Below, piece by piece: positions 1 to 7,687 of a DNA stretch of 13,089 bases. The notes beneath the pieces are model-generated. The model searched no databases. It was not told the DNA's origin and saw only the letters and a program-made list of their open reading frames with translations. This stretch comes from a bacterium (GTDB lineage Bacteria; RBG-13-61-14; DATKZS01): the NCBI GenBank assembly GCA_046484135.1, contig JAWOBU010000264.1, positions 1-13,089 on the forward strand. The letters run 5' to 3'. The first letter of the stretch is position 1. Each line of letters begins with the position of its first letter. Position numbers and translations under genes: made by a program.

Positions 1-997
1 GGTGTTTGCCGCCGCTTTTATCGGTTCGCCTTACACTTTTATCCGGTTCCAGGACACCCTGGTAACCGCGGGCTGGCTCTACAAGCAGGCCGAGATCATC
101 AGCACCTATCATACCGATCCACACGTGTGGTGGCTGGACAGGTACTACTACCTGATAACTATCGTGCTCCCGTTCGTGTTCGGACTGCCCCTCTTCTGGT
201 TCATGGCGGGCTCGCTTGTACACCACGTGCGCAAATATGCCCTGGTTGACCCGTATATCCAGCTCAACTTCATCTGGTTTATCTACATATTTGCGTCCCA
301 GTCCGGCGGCCCGGGCGGCGGCTCGTTCCCTTACTACCTTTTTCTGAACGTGGTGCCGCTGGGGATACTGATCACCCTGGACGGAGTGCGGGACCTTTGG
401 GGCAGCAAAAAAAGGCGATGGCGTTTTTCCGCGGCGGTGTTGTTTCTTATCATACTTGCAACCACGGTTTTGCGGGTGGACTCTTTCCGGTCCATGTTTT
501 ACGAGGAGTATAATAACCTGGGCGGATGGATCGCGGAGCGGGTGGAAGAGGAAGACGACCTTCTCATGGTCTCGGTGTACGAGCCGGGCGCGGCGCTGGG
601 GCCGGGCCGCAGGCTCTCAGTATGGCCGCACGAGCTTGTAAACCCGCAGGACGTGGAATGCGAAATGTTGGAGCAAGACAGGAACGCTCTTTACATAAAC
701 GGCGCTTTTCCCGGCGCAGGAGCGGGTCTGTGCCAGTCATATCCTTTCCGGCCCGAGGTGCTTGTTATTGACGGGTGGCTGGTGGGCGGCTTCCGCAAGG
801 TGTACCGGGAAAGCTGGGTCGCGCCTTACCTCGACACCTTCATGAAGGAGCAAAAGGGCTACCGGGTGGTAAAAAGGTACCGGCCGGATTACTTTAACCG
901 CACCTATTACGCGAGCCTGGACCCGGAGCACGACGTGGAGATAGTGGTGCTGGAAAGGAAAGAAAAAGGTCCGGCCCGGAGCGGGAAAGATGAATAG
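1..997 (+). CDS. 5'-partial polytopic membrane protein, probable GT-C fold (ArnT/PMT/GT39-like) lipid-linked-sugar transferase, C-terminal half
   Basis: Frame is open from the window edge to TAG at 995-997. About 4-5 hydrophobic helices (YYYLITIVLPFVFGLPLFWFMAG; NFIWFIYIFAS; YYLFLNVVPLGILITL; FSAAVLFLIILATTVL) are followed by a soluble extracytoplasmic-type domain. The 'FIGSPY' segment resembles GT39-like proteins, and the gene overlaps the downstream GT2. Family call is inferred from topology and context. Confidence 0.6.
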   Translation, partial: VFAAAFIGSPYTFIRFQDTLVTAGWLYKQAEIISTYHTDPHVWWLDRYYYLITIVLPFVFGLPLFWFMAGSLVHHVRKYALVDPYIQLNFIWFIYIFASQSGGPGGGSFPYYLFLNVVPLGILITLDGVRDLWGSKKRRWRFSAAVLFLIILATTVLRVDSFRSMFYEEYNNLGGWIAERVEEEDDLLMVSVYEPGAALGPGRRLSVWPHELVNPQDVECEMLEQDRNALYINGAFPGAGAGLCQSYPFRPEVLVIDGWLVGGFRKVYRESWVAPYLDTFMKEQKGYRVVKRYRPDYFNRTYYASLDPEHDVEIVVLERKEKGPARSGKDE

Positions 998-2018
998 CGA
1001 GAGCCACGGTCCGGAGCTCAGCGTTATCGTGCCCGCTTTCAACGCGGGAGAGTCGCTGCTGAAGTGTGTAAAATCCATCCGCGACCAGGAAGGAGTCTCA
1101 AAGGAGAGCATTGAGCTCATAGTTGTTGACGACGGTTCAGGAGATAAAAGCGCAGATGCAGTGGAGGCTGTTGTTGACCGGCTTGTAAAGCTGGAGGAAA
1201 ACCAGGGGGCTGCCGCGGCCCGGAACCGGGGCGCCCTCGAGGCTTCCGCCGATCTGCTGGTTTTCGTGGACGCGGACGTGCTCCTGGATTCGCGGGCGCT
1301 CTACAACATCAGGATGGCTTTTTCCGAGGACCCATCTCTGGACGCGGCAGTGGGAAGGTACACGGAAATCCCGGCTGTGCCCGGCTTTCTGAACGCCTAT
1401 CATAACGCTTTCACCCGCTACCATCACGACCTTTCTCCGCCCGAGATAGACTGGTTCTGGGGAGCGCTGGGAGCGATAAAGAAAAGCGCGTTCCAGAAAG
1501 CGGGAGGGTTTGACGAGCGCTATCAAGGCGCGAGCGCCGAGGACATGGAGCTCGGCAAGGCCCTTTATCACTTCGGCTGCCGCATAGCGTATCTCCCGGA
1601 AGTGGAGGGGGAGCACGCCCACGCCTTTTCGTTAAAAAGTATGCTGGCAAACGACTACAAGAAAGCGGTGCTCGGCACCAAGCTCCGTCTGGCCGGCAGG
1701 CTCCCCTCTCTTGCGCCCGGCTTCGCAGGCAAAAGGAACATCGCCACTTCGCTTCTGGCCTCCGTCCTTGCCGTGCTGCTGGCAACAGGATTTTTTTATC
1801 CTCTCGCGATAGTGCTCGCGCTTCTGGTGATCTGTGCGCTGGCGCTCATAAATGCGCCTTACTACTCCTGCCTTTTAAGAACGCTGGGACGGGGAGACCT
1901 TTTGCTCTCCATTCCTTTGCACTGGCTCCAGTTTATTGTCATCCTGGCCGGCGGAGTGATGGGCTTTATCGGTTTCATGCTGGGCAGGGACACCTTTGGG
2001 AGGCCCGGGTGGATTTAA
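990..2018 (+). CDS. GT2-family glycosyltransferase with C-terminal transmembrane helices
   Basis: LSVIVPAFN, IVVDDGSGD, GAAAARNRG, DXD motif (FVDAD) and GGFDERY...EDMELG, then about 3 hydrophobic C-terminal helices. ATG overlaps the upstream gene by 8 nt. Confidence 0.93.
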   Translation: MNSESHGPELSVIVPAFNAGESLLKCVKSIRDQEGVSKESIELIVVDDGSGDKSADAVEAVVDRLVKLEENQGAAAARNRGALEASADLLVFVDADVLLDSRALYNIRMAFSEDPSLDAAVGRYTEIPAVPGFLNAYHNAFTRYHHDLSPPEIDWFWGALGAIKKSAFQKAGGFDERYQGASAEDMELGKALYHFGCRIAYLPEVEGEHAHAFSLKSMLANDYKKAVLGTKLRLAGRLPSLAPGFAGKRNIATSLLASVLAVLLATGFFYPLAIVLALLVICALALINAPYYSCLLRTLGRGDLLLSIPLHWLQFIVILAGGVMGFIGFMLGRDTFGRPGWI

Positions 2019-3103
2019 AGACGGCGACATCTTTTTTGAAGCTTTTCGGGAAAGGCGAGATACCACATCCCGCCTACCTTATCTTTTTCGTGACCTCGCG
2101 GTGCATGGGCCGCTGCCGGCATTGTTTTTACTGGGAGCACATAAACCAGGAAGAGGCAGTCCTCACGCCCGAAGAAGTGGAAAAGGTGGCCGGCTCCATG
2201 GGCCCGCTTCTGCAGGTGACCTTTACCGGAGGCGAGCCATTCCTGAGGGAAGACTTCACTGACCTCGTAAAGATTTTTTACCGGAAGAACCAGCTATATC
2301 ACATCGGGATCGCGACCTCGGGGTTCCATCCCGAGCGGGCGGAAGCGGGCGCAAAGGAGATTCTTAAGATGTGTACCGGCTCGAACCTGACCGTGGGACT
2401 GCCCGTTGAAGGCCCCCGCGAGCTTAACGATTACATCCGGGGAGTGGAAGGTTTCTACGATCGCACCAACGAGACCATCTCGCGGCTGAAAACCTTGAAA
2501 GACGCAAACCCGCGTCTCACGCTCTTGGTGGACATCACAGCCAGCGGCTTCAACCGCGGCCGTCTCCTGGAGACTTATCACCATGTCCGCGACGATCTTT
2601 GTCCGGACATGATAAACGTGATCCTGACCCGGGGTGTCCCGAGGGAGGAAGGCGGCCGCGATCTGGACCCGCGAGAGGTGGAGACGCTTTTTACGGTCAT
2701 GGAGAAAGACGCCCGGAGCGGCAGGATTTCGGGCTACCAATTTTTCAGCCGACTCCTCCACGCCAAGGACATCGTGCTCCACAGGATGGCCCTGGACATC
2801 TATTGCCACGGGACCTATCACCTTCCCTGCGAGGCCGGCCGGGTAGCCGGAGTGCTGCTTCCCGAAGGGGACGTCTACCCCTGCGAGCTTTGGGAGGAGC
2901 CAATGGGCAACGTGCGCGAGAGCGGACATGATCTTCCCGCGGTATGGACCTCCGAGCGGGCAAGGCGGATAAGAAGAGAGATACTGGAGAGCCGTTGTAC
3001 CTGTTACCACCAGTGCTTTCTGTCCAACACCATCTTCTGGAACCCCGCGGCCTGGCCCGGCATCATGAAGGAATGGGCAAAGGTGGTTACGAAAAAAGGC
3101 TAA
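2009..3103 (+). CDS. Radical SAM protein with C-terminal SPASM/twitch-type auxiliary Fe-S domain
   Basis: CxxxCxxC (CMGRCRHC) and TFTGGEPFLR. The tail is C-x17-C (CEAG...GDVYPC), MGNV, then CTCYHQC. GTG start with GGGAGG at 1998-2003; overlaps the GT2 stop by 10 nt. Confidence 0.93.
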   Translation: MDLKTATSFLKLFGKGEIPHPAYLIFFVTSRCMGRCRHCFYWEHINQEEAVLTPEEVEKVAGSMGPLLQVTFTGGEPFLREDFTDLVKIFYRKNQLYHIGIATSGFHPERAEAGAKEILKMCTGSNLTVGLPVEGPRELNDYIRGVEGFYDRTNETISRLKTLKDANPRLTLLVDITASGFNRGRLLETYHHVRDDLCPDMINVILTRGVPREEGGRDLDPREVETLFTVMEKDARSGRISGYQFFSRLLHAKDIVLHRMALDIYCHGTYHLPCEAGRVAGVLLPEGDVYPCELWEEPMGNVRESGHDLPAVWTSERARRIRREILESRCTCYHQCFLSNTIFWNPAAWPGIMKEWAKVVTKKG

Positions 3104-3107
3104 GGCG

Positions 3108-3389
3108 TCAGGCCCGAGACCTCTCCCGTTTGAAGCTCAAAACGGTTTCCACGCAGAGCCACAATGTAAGCGCCAGCACGGCGAGCCCGGCCAGAAGCTG
3201 GTTGGTCGTCCCGAAGAGCACGAACCGGTTGGCGGGAACATAGTCGAGCCCGTCCTCGAACCGGTGGGAAGGCGTGGCCAGTTTGGGGTCAAGCTGAAAT
3301 ATCCTTCGGGCCAGAAACCGGGAGTAGACGAAATAAGCCAGCCCGAAGGCGGCCAGGCACATCAGTACTATGAGAAAAGAGTTGACCAT
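3108..3389 (-). pseudogene. cstA: Internally deleted carbon starvation protein A (CstA/BtsT-family transporter) remnant, 93 aa, still in frame
   Basis: Residues 1-60 (AYFVYSRFLARRIFQLDP...TPSHRFEDGLDYVPANRFVLFG) match the CstA N-terminus. In CstA this continues HHFxSIAGAGP, but here it runs straight into TTNQLLAGLA, the late CstA motif (WPLFGxxNQLLA), and then a C-terminal-like helix. No clear Shine-Dalgarno (SD) sequence upstream. Confidence 0.8.
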
Positions 3390-3407
3390 GGTGCCGAAGC
3401 GGAAAGT

Positions 3408-3578
3408 TTAGCCGGGCCAGATCAGCCGGTAGACCAGCCCGAGCACGAACAGGGCGGTAAGAGCATACACCAGCCAGACCATCCATTTCGGCGCCGGCTC
3501 GTCGCACTGGGGACACAGTCCGGACTCGGGATCAAGCCGGCTTTCGCACCTTTCACAATGCTTTTGCTCCTCTTCCAT
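3408..3578 (-). CDS. 56-aa zinc-ribbon membrane microprotein (CxxC-x10-CxxC plus one TM helix)
   Basis: MEEEQKHCERCESRLDPESGLCPQCDEPAPKWMVWLVYALTALFVLGLVYRLIWPG. Start moved from 3644 to the ATG at 3578 because a promoter-like element lies within the longer ORF's extension. Confidence 0.72.
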   Translation of the reverse strand: MEEEQKHCERCESRLDPESGLCPQCDEPAPKWMVWLVYALTALFVLGLVYRLIWPG

Positions 3579-3584
3579 ATAATC

Positions 3585-3613
3585 ATCATATCGCCAAGGC
3601 GGTAAAATATCAA
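3585..3613 (-). promoter_or_regulatory. Sigma70-type promoter for the zinc-ribbon gene (leaderless geometry)
   Basis: Minus strand reads TTGATA (3613-3608), 17 nt, TATGAT (3590-3585), 6 nt, ATG (3578). Both hexamers match consensus at 5/6 with optimal spacing. Confidence 0.65.
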
Positions 3614-3615
3614 AA

Positions 3616-3644
3616 ATGAAAGGAGGCTCCGGCTGTGCTATCAT
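3616..3644 (+). promoter_or_regulatory. Putative extended -10 promoter for the lipoprotein gene, divergent from the previous promoter
   Basis: ATGAAA (3616-3621), 17 nt, TATCAT (3639-3644), with TG at 3636-3637. A GGAGG SD precedes ATG 3680. Confidence 0.45.
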
Positions 3645-3679
3645 GACAGCATTCTTGATCTCTCGGGGAGGATGGCCTT

Positions 3680-4003
3680 ATGAAATTTTCCCGCATCTTT
3701 TTTGTCATTATTGGAGCCGCTTTGCTGGTTGCCTGCACCAGTGGAAATGACAAGGGCATTACCGGCAAGTGGGTGAACGAAAAAGAAGAGTTAAAGATCG
3801 AGTTCAGAAAAGACGGGACTTTCACGAACACGGAGAAGGGACGCACATTCGAGGGGGAGTACAAGCGGGTGGATAAGTCCACACTGCTGGTCGAGGTTGG
3901 AGAGAAACAGATGAAGTTCAACATCGAGCTTGTAGGAAAGACCCTCAAGATGAAGGACCCGGAAGGACATCAGGGCACAGTAGAGCTTAAGCGCGCCGAT
4001 TGA
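3680..4003 (+). CDS. Small lipoprotein, probable lipocalin-like beta-barrel
   Basis: Signal peptide MKFSRIFFVIIGAALLVA followed by lipobox LVAC. The pattern ITGKW...IEFRKDGTF...EGEYK is typical of small lipocalin-like domains. GGAGG SD upstream. Confidence 0.8.
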   Translation: MKFSRIFFVIIGAALLVACTSGNDKGITGKWVNEKEELKIEFRKDGTFTNTEKGRTFEGEYKRVDKSTLLVEVGEKQMKFNIELVGKTLKMKDPEGHQGTVELKRAD

Positions 4004-4169
4004 TCCGTTACTGCCGGAATGCCGTTTTTGTCACCTGCAAATTTCTGTCTAATGCCGTGAGCTCAGCCAGTATAAAGGAGCACAACGCAAAAGCAGATTT
4101 TGTTTTTCGAAGAATCCATCATCGCCTCCGGCATTTCCGAGCCGTGAAAAGCCACGAGCGTTTATGCTT

Positions 4170-4197
4170 TTGAAGCACCGCCGGCCTGTGTTAAAGT
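4170..4197 (+). promoter_or_regulatory. Putative sigma70 promoter for the second operon segment
   Basis: TTGAAG (4170-4175), 16 nt, TAAAGT (4192-4197), with TG at 4189-4190. It lies in a 219-nt intergenic region, 25 nt before ATG 4223. Confidence 0.4.
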
Positions 4198-4222
4198 TTA
4201 AACAGAGGACCGGATAAGCCTG

Positions 4223-5626
4223 ATGAAAACTGCTATTGTATTCCCTCGATTAAAAGAACAGGTCCACGGGATGTGGCCTCCGTTGGGGGCCATCACCCTG
4301 GGCACCATACTCCGCGACTCAGGCCACGATGTCCATTGCCTGGACGCAAGCTTCGATCCTTCCTTGGAGCGGGTGCTGGAAGAGCTCCGCAGGATAAAAC
4401 CCGACCTGGTGGGTGTCTCCTGTTTAACCGACTTTTACGCTAACGCGCGGGAGGTGGTGCGGGAGGCCAAGTCGCTCCCGGCTTACACCGTGATGGGCGG
4501 GCCACACCCCACCATCGCCCCCGAGCAGACCATGGCCGACCTGCCCGAGCTCGATTACGCGGTGACCGGCGAAGCCGAGAAATCCTTCCCCGCTCTGATC
4601 AAGGCGCTTTCCGACGGAGAAGACGTCTCCGGCATACCCGGCATTGTCTTTCGGCAAGACGGCGCGGCGGTATTTTCCGGACCGGCCGAGCCGGTAGAAG
4701 ACCTGGACTCCATACCCGTTCCCGACCGGGAGCTTCTGGACGTGAACGACCAGTATCTCCGAGCCCGGGCCATCAACCTGCATGCCACCCGCGGATGTCC
4801 CTACCGGTGCCGGTTCTGCCAGCCGACCCTTGAAAAGATGTTCGGCAAGAAGGTCCGCTACCAGAGCCCGCAGAGGGTGGCGGAAGAGATCGAGCATTTC
4901 CATAAACGCTATGGGCTCTTCGATTTCTTTTTTCACGACGATACCTTCACCATAAGCGGCAAGTGGATGGAGGGCATCCGTAAGGCATTGTCAGAGAAGG
5001 GTCTTATACAAGGTTTCCGCTATGTGGTGAACTCCCGGGTTGACACCTTTTCAGAGGACAAGGCGCGGACCTTGAAAGAGATGGGGGTCTATTACGTGCT
5101 TTTCGGCATCGAGTCCGGTTCCCAGAAAATCCTGGACTCGATAGGCAAGGGGACCACCGTGGAGCAGGCGCGGGAAGCCTTCCGCATCTGCAAGAGGTTC
5201 GGCTTTCGCACCCACGCTTACGTTCTTTTAGGTGCGCCGGAGGAGACTCAGGAGACTTTACAGGAGACCGAGAAGCTGGTGGCCGAGCTACGCCCCTCCA
5301 CTGTTCATATCTCCATCTTTACTCCTCTTCTGGGCACTGAGCTTTACGATGAGTGCGCGAGAGAGGGCCGGATCCAGGTGGACAACTACTCGGAGATGGA
5401 CTACTACTTGAAAAAGACCTCCTCCGGAGAGCCGCCTATCAAGATTCCCGGGCTTTCTTACCAGGACCTTTTGGACAGCAGGGCCCGGATACTCAGCAAA
5501 AGAAGACCCCGCGTGTTCCTGGACAACTTCAAGGAGCTTTTGCGCGATCTGGTACGTGAGCCGAGCCTGGACAAGCTTATTTTCCGCTACCAGTTCTACA
5601 AGAGAATGCAGCATTACTTCGGGTGA
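4223..5626 (+). CDS. Cobalamin (B12)-binding domain radical SAM protein 1 (class B methyltransferase-like)
   Basis: N-terminal WPPLG, PDLVGVS, MGGPHPT and GEAE (B12-binding Rossmann domain). rSAM core TRGCPYRCRFC, HDDTF, FGIESGSQKIL, FTPLLGTELY. Confidence 0.95.
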   Translation: MKTAIVFPRLKEQVHGMWPPLGAITLGTILRDSGHDVHCLDASFDPSLERVLEELRRIKPDLVGVSCLTDFYANAREVVREAKSLPAYTVMGGPHPTIAPEQTMADLPELDYAVTGEAEKSFPALIKALSDGEDVSGIPGIVFRQDGAAVFSGPAEPVEDLDSIPVPDRELLDVNDQYLRARAINLHATRGCPYRCRFCQPTLEKMFGKKVRYQSPQRVAEEIEHFHKRYGLFDFFFHDDTFTISGKWMEGIRKALSEKGLIQGFRYVVNSRVDTFSEDKARTLKEMGVYYVLFGIESGSQKILDSIGKGTTVEQAREAFRICKRFGFRTHAYVLLGAPEETQETLQETEKLVAELRPSTVHISIFTPLLGTELYDECAREGRIQVDNYSEMDYYLKKTSSGEPPIKIPGLSYQDLLDSRARILSKRRPRVFLDNFKELLRDLVREPSLDKLIFRYQFYKRMQHYFG

Positions 5627-5713
5627 ATAGCCTCTGCCGCGAGGCTTCCTATAAATGAAGGGAAAGGCCCAGCAAGACTTTTCTCCCCAAGAGCAAGGAG
5701 CGAACAGAGGGTT

Positions 5714-7597
5714 TTGAGAGAAGGGACAGGAAATAAAACTTCGGGTCGGCTTGTGGCCCTGCTTTTGGCGGGGTTGGTAGTTTTCCAGGCCTTTATGGCG
5801 GTTATGGCCTTCAAGTCACGGGAAGACCTGGTTAACAAAAAGCCCGTCTTGAACGTTGACTTCTGCTCCCAGTACTACTGGGCTTACGCGGCGCGCGAGT
5901 TCTACGAGGCGGACAGCAAGCTCTGGGGATACGACCCTTACTTCATGGCCGGGTATCCGCTCGACTTTGTTTTCAACTCCGCCCTGCCGGTGCAACTGAC
6001 CGCGGTAATGGCGGAGGATGCCAACCTGGCCCGCCTGATCAAGGTCTGCTTCGTGGCAAGCATATTGCTCGTGCCTTTGACCCTGTACTTCGGACTTTCC
6101 CAGTTCGGGATCGGGAGGGGACCCGCTCTTGCTGCCGCCGCTTTGGGACTGGCTTACTTCTGGGCGGGAGAGAACTCCTTCCTGGCGCACATGGGCATGA
6201 TATCCGGCGCGTTCCTGCTCCATTTTTTTCTGGTGCCGGCCGGGCTTCTGATGAGGTTCCTGCATGAAAGGGCCAACCGCCCGTTCTCTTTTCTCATCTT
6301 TGCCGTGCCTATCGCCTTTACCATCCACAAGACCGCGTTCGTACTGGTGTTGCCCCTGGCGGTCATCTGGGTACTGTTTTACTCCAGGAAGCTCTCCGGA
6401 AGGGAGCTGTTCATGATAGCCGGCGTGTTCGTACTGGCAGCCATATTCAACCTGCACTGGCTCTATCCCTTCTTCAAGTACCTTCACCTTAAGGTCGAAG
6501 ACCCGGGCACCACCTTCTTCCAGAGCCAGGGAGCACTACAGGCCCTGAAAGACCTGGCCGCCATACCGGGCTTTCACCCTTACTTCGGCACTCCATTGGT
6601 CCGTCTTGTCATCCTGATAACCGGAATCATCGGTTTTGTAAGACTCGCGCGCCAAGAGCACGGCATGATGCCGCCGCTTGTTATTGGCATCGTATTTCTC
6701 GGCATCATTTCCTACTTCGGCTCTTACGTCGAGACATTGAAACATCTTCAGCCCTACCGCTACGTGACCGCCTACTTCTATTTGTGGCTACCTGCCGCAG
6801 GTATCGGCCTGAAGGTACTCTATGACAGGGCCGCGGTGTTCAAGGGCGGAGAGATCGGCGGGCCCTTGATTTTCGCAGGGGGCCTCATACTTATACTTGC
6901 GCTTCTCCCGAGCTTTATCGGGTTCTCTCGCGTCGCTCCTTTAACTACTGAAATGGACAAGCCGAGCCAGGAGGTCGTAAGCTGGGTCAAAAACAATACC
7001 GACCCCGGCGCACGTCTTCTTATCGAGGACATTAACGAGTGGGATACCCAACCGGGTGAGAAAGCGCTTTACGGCGGCGCCAGGCTGGTCCATCTTCTTC
7101 CCTTGCTCGTGCAACGTCAGCTCGTGGGAGGACCGCTTCCCAACGCATTCATCAAGCACCACTACGCCGGATTTCATGACGGGGAATTCTTGAACGAACC
7201 CGTAAAAGACATGACCGACCGGGTCCTGGACCGGGCCATGCGCGACTATAACATCGGCTGGGTAGTGGCCTGGACGCAGGAGTCCCGAGAAAGATTTGCT
7301 GATTATGAACCCACGGTACTGGAGAAATCAATCGATCCATTTGATTGTTTCCGCATAGACCGCGAGCACAGCTACTTCCTCCAAGGCTCGGGCAAAGTAA
7401 AAGCGGAGTTCAACCGTATCCATTTAAGCGAGCTTCAGCCAGAGAGCGGCAAGGTGAAACTCTCCTACCATTTCGCCAACGGATTGCACACCGAGCCCGA
7501 TAGCAAGGTGAAAGGGACGGGAAAAGGCCCCGATCCGGTCGGCTTCATAACCATAGAAGACCCGCCCAAGAAAATGGTCTTGCAACTCGGAAGATGA
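5714..7597 (+). CDS. Large polytopic membrane protein, probable GT-C fold glycosyltransferase (YfhO/'PTPS-related membrane domain'-like)
   Basis: An N-terminal TM helix, then a loop with acidic D (NVDFCSQYY) and WGYDPYFMAGYP. More than 10 further hydrophobic helices, a QPYRY motif, and a soluble C-terminal domain (WVKNNTDPGARLLIED; YNIGWVV). The TTG start is uncertain. Confidence 0.7.
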   Translation: MREGTGNKTSGRLVALLLAGLVVFQAFMAVMAFKSREDLVNKKPVLNVDFCSQYYWAYAAREFYEADSKLWGYDPYFMAGYPLDFVFNSALPVQLTAVMAEDANLARLIKVCFVASILLVPLTLYFGLSQFGIGRGPALAAAALGLAYFWAGENSFLAHMGMISGAFLLHFFLVPAGLLMRFLHERANRPFSFLIFAVPIAFTIHKTAFVLVLPLAVIWVLFYSRKLSGRELFMIAGVFVLAAIFNLHWLYPFFKYLHLKVEDPGTTFFQSQGALQALKDLAAIPGFHPYFGTPLVRLVILITGIIGFVRLARQEHGMMPPLVIGIVFLGIISYFGSYVETLKHLQPYRYVTAYFYLWLPAAGIGLKVLYDRAAVFKGGEIGGPLIFAGGLILILALLPSFIGFSRVAPLTTEMDKPSQEVVSWVKNNTDPGARLLIEDINEWDTQPGEKALYGGARLVHLLPLLVQRQLVGGPLPNAFIKHHYAGFHDGEFLNEPVKDMTDRVLDRAMRDYNIGWVVAWTQESRERFADYEPTVLEKSIDPFDCFRIDREHSYFLQGSGKVKAEFNRIHLSELQPESGKVKLSYHFANGLHTEPDSKVKGTGKGPDPVGFITIEDPPKKMVLQLGR

Positions 7598-7687
7598 GAA
7601 AATACCTTGAAAGGTTTGCGGCCTCTCTTTAATTCCCCGACAAGTGAAACCGGATGCTTGTGAAGGTAGTCATAATAGGAACAAGAA

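Noticed and set aside
3264..3605. 113-aa + strand ORF and other overlapping small ORFs in this block
   Set aside because: Antisense or out of frame to the cstA remnant and zinc-ribbon gene, which carry recognisable motifs.
3579..3644. 22-aa N-terminal extension of the zinc-ribbon ORF given in the ORF track
   Set aside because: It spans two promoter-like elements and has no SD. ATG 3578 fits the promoter geometry better.
3632..3650. Inverted repeat GCTGT-N9-ACAGC over the + strand -10 box, resembling a LexA box
   Set aside because: The CTGT/ACAG spacing is 9 rather than the 8 of the E. coli-type SOS box, the arms are short and there is only one copy. An operator role cannot be excluded but is unsupported.
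4015..4139. Imperfect inverted repeat CGGAATGCCG ... CGGCATTTCCG as a MITE or ncRNA, and CGG-AATG-CCG-TTTTT as a terminator
   Set aside because: Arms are about 10 nt with an indel, with no target duplication or second copy. The terminator stem is only 3 bp.
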